Below, piece by piece: positions 59,167-64,000 of a stretch of 64,000 nt of DNA. Position 1 is the stretch's first letter; each line of letters begins with the position of its first letter. Source of the stretch: Candidatus Poribacteria bacterium (GTDB lineage Bacteria; Poribacteria; WGA-4E; WGA-3G); assembly GCA_965214095.1 (NCBI GenBank), contig OZ243938.1, forward strand, positions 3,712,001 to 3,776,000, in the 5' to 3' direction. The position numbers and the translations under genes were made by a program. Below the pieces are notes generated by a model that saw only the letters and a list, made by a program, of their open reading frames with translations, was not told the DNA's origin and did not search any database.

Positions 59167-60210
59167 GTGAAGACTTATATATCGTTACTATGTATTCTGT
59201 TTCTATTCTATTTTGTATCATCAAGCCAGCAAGCTGAGGAAACACCGCAATTATTGAAAGTAATTCCACTTTCACAAACAGCAATTCAACTCCAATATGA
59301 TGGTGAGTTGCTGCAGGAAACCGCTGAAGATACCTCAATTTATGAGATAACACCAGATGTCAAAATCGATTTCGCGCTACTTGATGATAGGTTGAACCGT
59401 GTCATGCTCTTCACATCTCCATTAGAGATAGGGAAAACATATAAATTCTCTTTAAAAAACACGCAGACAGCAATTGAAGTGACATTACCAGAGGAAAACG
59501 AAATCACCTTCGGAAGTGGTAACGCAGTTACATTTTCAGGCGGATTACAAGATACTAGTCTGATTGTCAATAAAGACCGTAAGACAAGAAACAACAATTC
59601 TGGTGCTGAATCTACACTTCTCTGTAATCCAGCTGGCACTGTCTTTTTTGTTGCTTTTGACCTCTTTGATGCCTTTGAAGATATGAATATCAGAGAACCG
59701 AAACAAGTCTTAGATGTAACTTTTAGTCTCCATGTTGAGAAATCTGAGGACGAGACTGCTCAGACAGTGATACTGCGACGTGTTTTGTTGCCTTGGAAAG
59801 AAGGCAGAGGAAAAGCCGAACGCGCAAAAGAGGACGAACTTACATACAACAGTCCATTACATCGCAACATGCCGTGGAATAAACCTCCGGCACAAGCGAT
59901 GTTAGCAGGAATTGATGGTGATAACGAAAGTGATTTCAACGGATCGGAGGATGTCGCGCATCGTATTGATGGATCTTATGAAATTCAAGAAACTGGAAAA
60001 CGTTATATCTTCAAGAGCGAATTAATCACCGATGCTGTCCGATTCTGGGTTAAAAATCCTGATTACAACTACGGCTATCTGTTCGCTTTGCGCGATGGCA
60101 GTGCTCCCATAACTTTCTCTTCAAAAGAAGCAGCTGATGAAAGCCTACGTCCAACATTAACTATACGTTACCAGACAAAATCTGATACTGAAATCATCCC
60201 TATTCGCTAA
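59167..60210 (+). CDS. Exported protein with DNRLRE/CBM96-like domain
   Basis: Signal peptide; RRVLLPWKEG, W..NPDYNYG and FSSKE..RPTLTI motifs. Confidence 0.65.
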   Translation: MKTYISLLCILFLFYFVSSSQQAEETPQLLKVIPLSQTAIQLQYDGELLQETAEDTSIYEITPDVKIDFALLDDRLNRVMLFTSPLEIGKTYKFSLKNTQTAIEVTLPEENEITFGSGNAVTFSGGLQDTSLIVNKDRKTRNNNSGAESTLLCNPAGTVFFVAFDLFDAFEDMNIREPKQVLDVTFSLHVEKSEDETAQTVILRRVLLPWKEGRGKAERAKEDELTYNSPLHRNMPWNKPPAQAMLAGIDGDNESDFNGSEDVAHRIDGSYEIQETGKRYIFKSELITDAVRFWVKNPDYNYGYLFALRDGSAPITFSSKEAADESLRPTLTIRYQTKSDTEIIPIR

Positions 60211-60224
60211 CCGTTCTTTTCACT

Positions 60225-60627
60225 GGCATTGATGTCCCAAACAAACCCGCTTATTTTGCAGGATTAGCTGTTTTAGGAAACTTGAAATATGACCATCAAA
60301 CAATTATTGATTTAATTTCGGAGGAAACCGTGCAAGAATCCCCTCTCGTTCAATACCTAACAGAAAAAGCTACGCTTGAAGCCAGACAAGAAGGTATACA
60401 GCAAGGAAAACAAGAAGGTATACAACAGGGTGAAAAGTTACGTGCACTTGAAGATATTCTTGATGTCTTGGAAGTACGTTTGCAACCAGACGCAGCAAAT
60501 GCCTTCAAACCTGAACTTGTTGAAATTGATGATCTTCCATCTCAAGGTATTACTTCGTGCTGCAAGCCTTGCTGATACTCCAGAAGATTTCCAGAAGGCT
60601 TTGGATTCAAATGGAATCAAACAATAA
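60225..60627 (+). pseudogene. C-terminal remnant of an Rpn/YhgA-like protein, frameshifted
   Basis: EETVQESPLVQ and QEGIQQGKQEGIQQG repeats; reading frame changes near 60540; no N-terminal nuclease domain. Confidence 0.7.
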
Positions 60628-60648
60628 CAGACACTTGCCTTAGAAAGT

Positions 60649-61935
60649 TTAGATATATTGTCGCAAATGTCTTAGTGTCCGTTCCACCGCGCCGAGATTA
60701 TCCTCTATCACTTGCCTACTAATCTTCCCGGTAATAATTCGTTCTTCTTTATTATCCAACCAGTCAGAAATAGCTGATGTCATCTGTTGAGGTGTATGCA
60801 CTACTTTGGCGGCTCCCTTCTCCAATAATAGAGAAGCTTCATAAGCATTCTGTATTGTTGGACCAACAATTATCGGTTTACCCATTGCTGCAGGTTCCAT
60901 CACATTATGCACACTCCCATGGAAACTCCCACCAACAAACGCAACATCTGCTAACTGATACAACTTTGCTAAAATCCCTACAGTATCAACGATAAGGACT
61001 TCTATGTCACTGAAATTAGTTTCACCGTTGAGTTCTGAATAACTTATGTGTGATATTTCCCGTTTATCCAATTCAACCTGAATTTCAACAACCCGATCAG
61101 AAGTCGGTTCATGTGGCACTAAAATCAGATGTGGAGTTGGTTCAGGTGAGGTGTCCCGTAAAATCTGATACGTTTCAAAAATCACTTTTTCATCATCTGC
61201 ATAAGTGCTACCCGCAATGAAAATAGGATGTTTAAAAGTCGTCTGTCCAGGAAAAAACGCAGTGTCAGGTTCAACTGAAATTGCACGTTGATAAACCCGT
61301 TCATATCGTGTATCACCTGTAACAACAACCTGATTATCTGAAACACAGAGCTGCTGAAATCGTGTTGCATCCTCATCTGAAATAGCACAATGTAGCGCAA
61401 TAAACCGATGCACACTTCTAAAAAACGACTTGCCAATTATTCCAAGTCGTTTGGACCGAGGATGAAGAGTACCCGCAATAATAACTATTGGAATCTCGTT
61501 CTTTGCAGTCTTCCAGACAAGGTTGGGCCATATATCATATCTGGAAAAAATTAGACACGTAGGTTTGATCAGGTTAATCAAACGTTTTGCATTGTAGGAG
61601 GTATCAAAAGGAAGAAAAATGGATGCATCAGCGTAAGGATAGGATTCTACATTAGGCGCAACCGAAGGAGAGAAATAGGTTAGTATAATACGGGTTTCTG
61701 TGTAAATCGCTTCAATCAGTGGTTTTGCTTGCTCAAATTCTCCTACAGAAGTAAAGTGAAACCATGCTGTTTTCTCTAAATTCCTGGCATCATTGAGTTG
61801 ACGTTTCAATTTCTCAAAAACCTGTTGGCGTCCGACAATCCCCTCACGAATTTTGCGATTAAACATACCAGCAAAATAGAAACTGATGAAGATTATAGGC
61901 AGCGCGAAGGCATTGTAAACAAATCGCCAAAACAT
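60649..61935 (-). CDS. waaA: 3-deoxy-D-manno-octulosonic acid (Kdo) transferase
   Basis: WFH..SVGE, LPFD, AGST, DTVGIL and AFVGGS..HNVMEPA motifs; start set at MFWRF. Confidence 0.9.
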   Translation of the reverse strand: MFWRFVYNAFALPIIFISFYFAGMFNRKIREGIVGRQQVFEKLKRQLNDARNLEKTAWFHFTSVGEFEQAKPLIEAIYTETRIILTYFSPSVAPNVESYPYADASIFLPFDTSYNAKRLINLIKPTCLIFSRYDIWPNLVWKTAKNEIPIVIIAGTLHPRSKRLGIIGKSFFRSVHRFIALHCAISDEDATRFQQLCVSDNQVVVTGDTRYERVYQRAISVEPDTAFFPGQTTFKHPIFIAGSTYADDEKVIFETYQILRDTSPEPTPHLILVPHEPTSDRVVEIQVELDKREISHISYSELNGETNFSDIEVLIVDTVGILAKLYQLADVAFVGGSFHGSVHNVMEPAAMGKPIIVGPTIQNAYEASLLLEKGAAKVVHTPQQMTSAISDWLDNKEERIITGKISRQVIEDNLGAVERTLRHLRQYI

Positions 61936-62039
61936 AGCGTCCTGATATAGAATAGAACATAGAAAAGGCACACAACTATCTATAGAAGCGCGCCGAAGCA
62001 AGGCTGCCCCGGCTCTCCAACTTCTACATACAGATGGTA

Positions 62040-62369
62040 TTATAGAGCATCCAAAATCTTTTTCTTGAGTGCTTCTTTGTTCATAGCACCGACAATTTGA
62101 CCCGCTACTTCCCCATCTTTGAAAACGAGCAATGTTGGAATGCTACGCACACTATATTTCATTGCTGTTTGACGGTTGTCGTCCACATTGACCTTCCCAA
62201 CCTTGAATGTATCCGCATTTTCTGCGGCAAGCTCATCCAAAATAGGTGCAATCATTTTGCACGGACCACACCATTCTGCCCAAAAGTCAACAACGACAGG
62301 CGTATCGGATTCAATTACCGTTCCTTCAAATGTGTCGTCGGTGATTTCAAAAGTATTCTCAGCCATCAT
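62040..62369 (-). CDS. trxA: Thioredoxin
   Basis: DFWAEWCGPCK and SIPTL motifs. Confidence 0.97.
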   Translation of the reverse strand: MMAENTFEITDDTFEGTVIESDTPVVVDFWAEWCGPCKMIAPILDELAAENADTFKVGKVNVDDNRQTAMKYSVRSIPTLLVFKDGEVAGQIVGAMNKEALKKKILDAL

Positions 62370-62546
62370 GACTCCTTATGAAAATAAAAATTAGGTATAT
62401 TACCCACCACGGTTATCAATCTTTGTGGTAATCTTGCTTTATTTATATGAGAAATCCATCGTTTTGATTAATTGGATTGATAGATATTCTCTCTTTGATG
62501 AAATGCTTAAATATGTTACCTTAATCTGAAATTAAATGCCAACCAA

Positions 62547-62593
62547 TTATCAACAAATTTTTTGTTGATAAAAAAAGTAGTACGTGATATATT
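62547..62593 (+). promoter_or_regulatory. Palindromic operator overlapping the -35 of the xanthine-dehydrogenase-family operon promoter
   Basis: TTATCAACAAA-N3-TTTGTTGATAA; TTGATA-N17-TATATT. Confidence 0.55.
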
Positions 62594-62673
62594 CTTCTCA
62601 ACCTGATAGAACATATAAGTTACCTTAGGCATTATAGATTTAATCGGATTTTCTAAGGCGAAGGAGGGAAAGT

Positions 62674-63315
62674 ATGTCAGAGAAAGATAAAGAGAAGAAA
62701 CAGGGTAAGAATATTTCTCGACGGAGTTTTATCAAAGGGGTAGGAACAGGTACAGTCGCAGCAACCGTTGCCCCCGCCATATTAGTCGGTGATGAGAAAG
62801 CAGCAGAAGCACAAACTGACGAAGCCGTTGCATCAGCAAAAATTCAATTGAATATCAATGAAGAGGTCACCGAAATTGAGGTTGAAGCACGCACCACTTT
62901 ACTATCCGTACTGCGCGATGGAATTGATACAACCGGAAACAACGTTGATCTCACAGGGGCAAAACTCATTTGTGACAAAGGTGAATGTGGTGGATGCACC
63001 GTGCTCGTTGATGGCAAACCAGTATACGCCTGTATGATGCTTGCAATGGACGCACAGGGAAAACAGATTACCACCGTGGAAGGCATCGCAAACGGAGCTG
63101 ACTTACATCCAGTGCAGGAAGCATTCATTCAACACGATGCACTGATGTGTGGATTCTGCACACCCGGTTTTGTCGTCTCATCCGTAGCACTCTTGAATGA
63201 AAACAACAAACCTACGATCGCAGAGATCAAGGAAGGCTTATCGGGCAACACTTGTCGTTGCGGCACTTACCCGTTTATATTTGACGCTGTTGAAACTGCA
63301 TCTCAAAAAATGTAG
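62674..63315 (+). CDS. 2[2Fe-2S] small subunit of a xanthine dehydrogenase/aldehyde oxidoreductase family enzyme, Tat signal
   Basis: SRRSFIK twin-arginine motif; CDKGECGGC, CGFCTPG and CRCG clusters. Confidence 0.92.
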   Translation: MSEKDKEKKQGKNISRRSFIKGVGTGTVAATVAPAILVGDEKAAEAQTDEAVASAKIQLNINEEVTEIEVEARTTLLSVLRDGIDTTGNNVDLTGAKLICDKGECGGCTVLVDGKPVYACMMLAMDAQGKQITTVEGIANGADLHPVQEAFIQHDALMCGFCTPGFVVSSVALLNENNKPTIAEIKEGLSGNTCRCGTYPFIFDAVETASQKM

Positions 63316-63382
63316 TGATTACTTACCTTTTCCTATAAGGTAGTCAATGTAAACGCGTAATTTATTGAGAAGGAGAAAAAAT

Positions 63383-64000
63383 ATGGCATCATGGGGAGAA
63401 GCAAGCCAGTCAAGACTTATTGGTAAGCGGATTACCCGTTTGTCCGGTAAGGATAAAGTTACTGGAAAAGCAAAATATACTTATGATATCAATCGTCCGG
63501 GTATGCTGTATGCAAGGATTCTGCGGTCTGATGTTGCACATGCAAACGTGATAGATATAGATTTATCTCGTGCCGAAGAACTGCCGGGTGTAAAAGCTGT
63601 CCTGCCAATAATTGAAGTTGGCAAGAAACTTCGCTATCAAGGACAGGAGATCGCCGCAGTCGCTGCAGAAACTGACGAGATTGCGAAAGACGCACTCAGA
63701 TTGATATTTGTTGACTTGGAAGAGTTACCCTACGTTGTAACAGAAGAAGATGCATTGGCAGAAGGGGCACCAGAGATCCGAGATGATTGGAAAGGGAATA
63801 AGAGTAATCCCGGCAAGAATGAAGAAGGTGATGTAGATGCAGCTTTCAATGAAGCAGCCGTTACAGTAGAAGCAACATACCATACACCTGTTCAAACCCA
63901 CGTATGTTTAGAAACACACGGACACGTCGTAGAATGGACAGATGATCAGAACCTAACCGTCTGGGCATCTACACAAGCGGTTTTTGGTGTCAGAGATGAT
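63383..64000 (+). CDS. Molybdopterin-binding subunit of a xanthine dehydrogenase family enzyme (3'-truncated)
   Basis: Manual translation: MASWG...KDKVTGKAKYTYDINRPGMLYARILRS..AHA; runs off the window. Confidence 0.88.
   Translation, partial: MASWGEASQSRLIGKRITRLSGKDKVTGKAKYTYDINRPGMLYARILRSDVAHANVIDIDLSRAEELPGVKAVLPIIEVGKKLRYQGQEIAAVAAETDEIAKDALRLIFVDLEELPYVVTEEDALAEGAPEIRDDWKGNKSNPGKNEEGDVDAAFNEAAVTVEATYHTPVQTHVCLETHGHVVEWTDDQNLTVWASTQAVFGVRDD

Noticed and set aside
61983-62027. GC-rich hairpin between trxA and waaA as an ncRNA
   Set aside because: Short single hairpin best explained as a terminator or processing stem; no SRP or riboswitch motif recognised.

Overview
A 64 kb bacterial chromosome segment of roughly 40% GC by eye. 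It comes from an LPS-making diderm (waaA is present), most likely Candidatus Poribacteria; this is inferred from the tandem secreted WD40 proteins, the Uma2 paralogues, a LamG protein with a VDPxxKLTTxWGxIK tail, PhyH and sulfatase genes, and dense REP-like palindromes. It opens with a Pup-proteasome operon (dop[partial]-pup-prcB-prcA-pafA) and continues with housekeeping and metabolic genes (ppdK, rtcB, argH, pyrF, fpr, moaDE, folB, waaA, trxA, a xanthine-dehydrogenase-family operon) and paralogue arrays (2 Uma2, 4 WD40, 3 beta-lactamase-fold hydrolases). The most unusual part is a ~11.7 kb defence-type island (about 45430-57180). It carries a Type ISP restriction-modification gene whose 3' end recurs twice downstream as diverged in-frame copies sharing an identical 17-bp core. 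These copies separate stacked cargo: a ~520-nt highly structured RNA-like leader with a fold-back-sequestered 32-codon ORF, a 917-aa Zn-ribbon/PD-(D/E)xK protein, a purL remnant, a Schlafen/AlbA_2 protein, and a brnT toxin coupled to DUF932 rather than brnA. No rRNA, tRNA, CRISPR array, integrase or transposase was recognised. All family assignments come from motifs read by eye, not from database searches.
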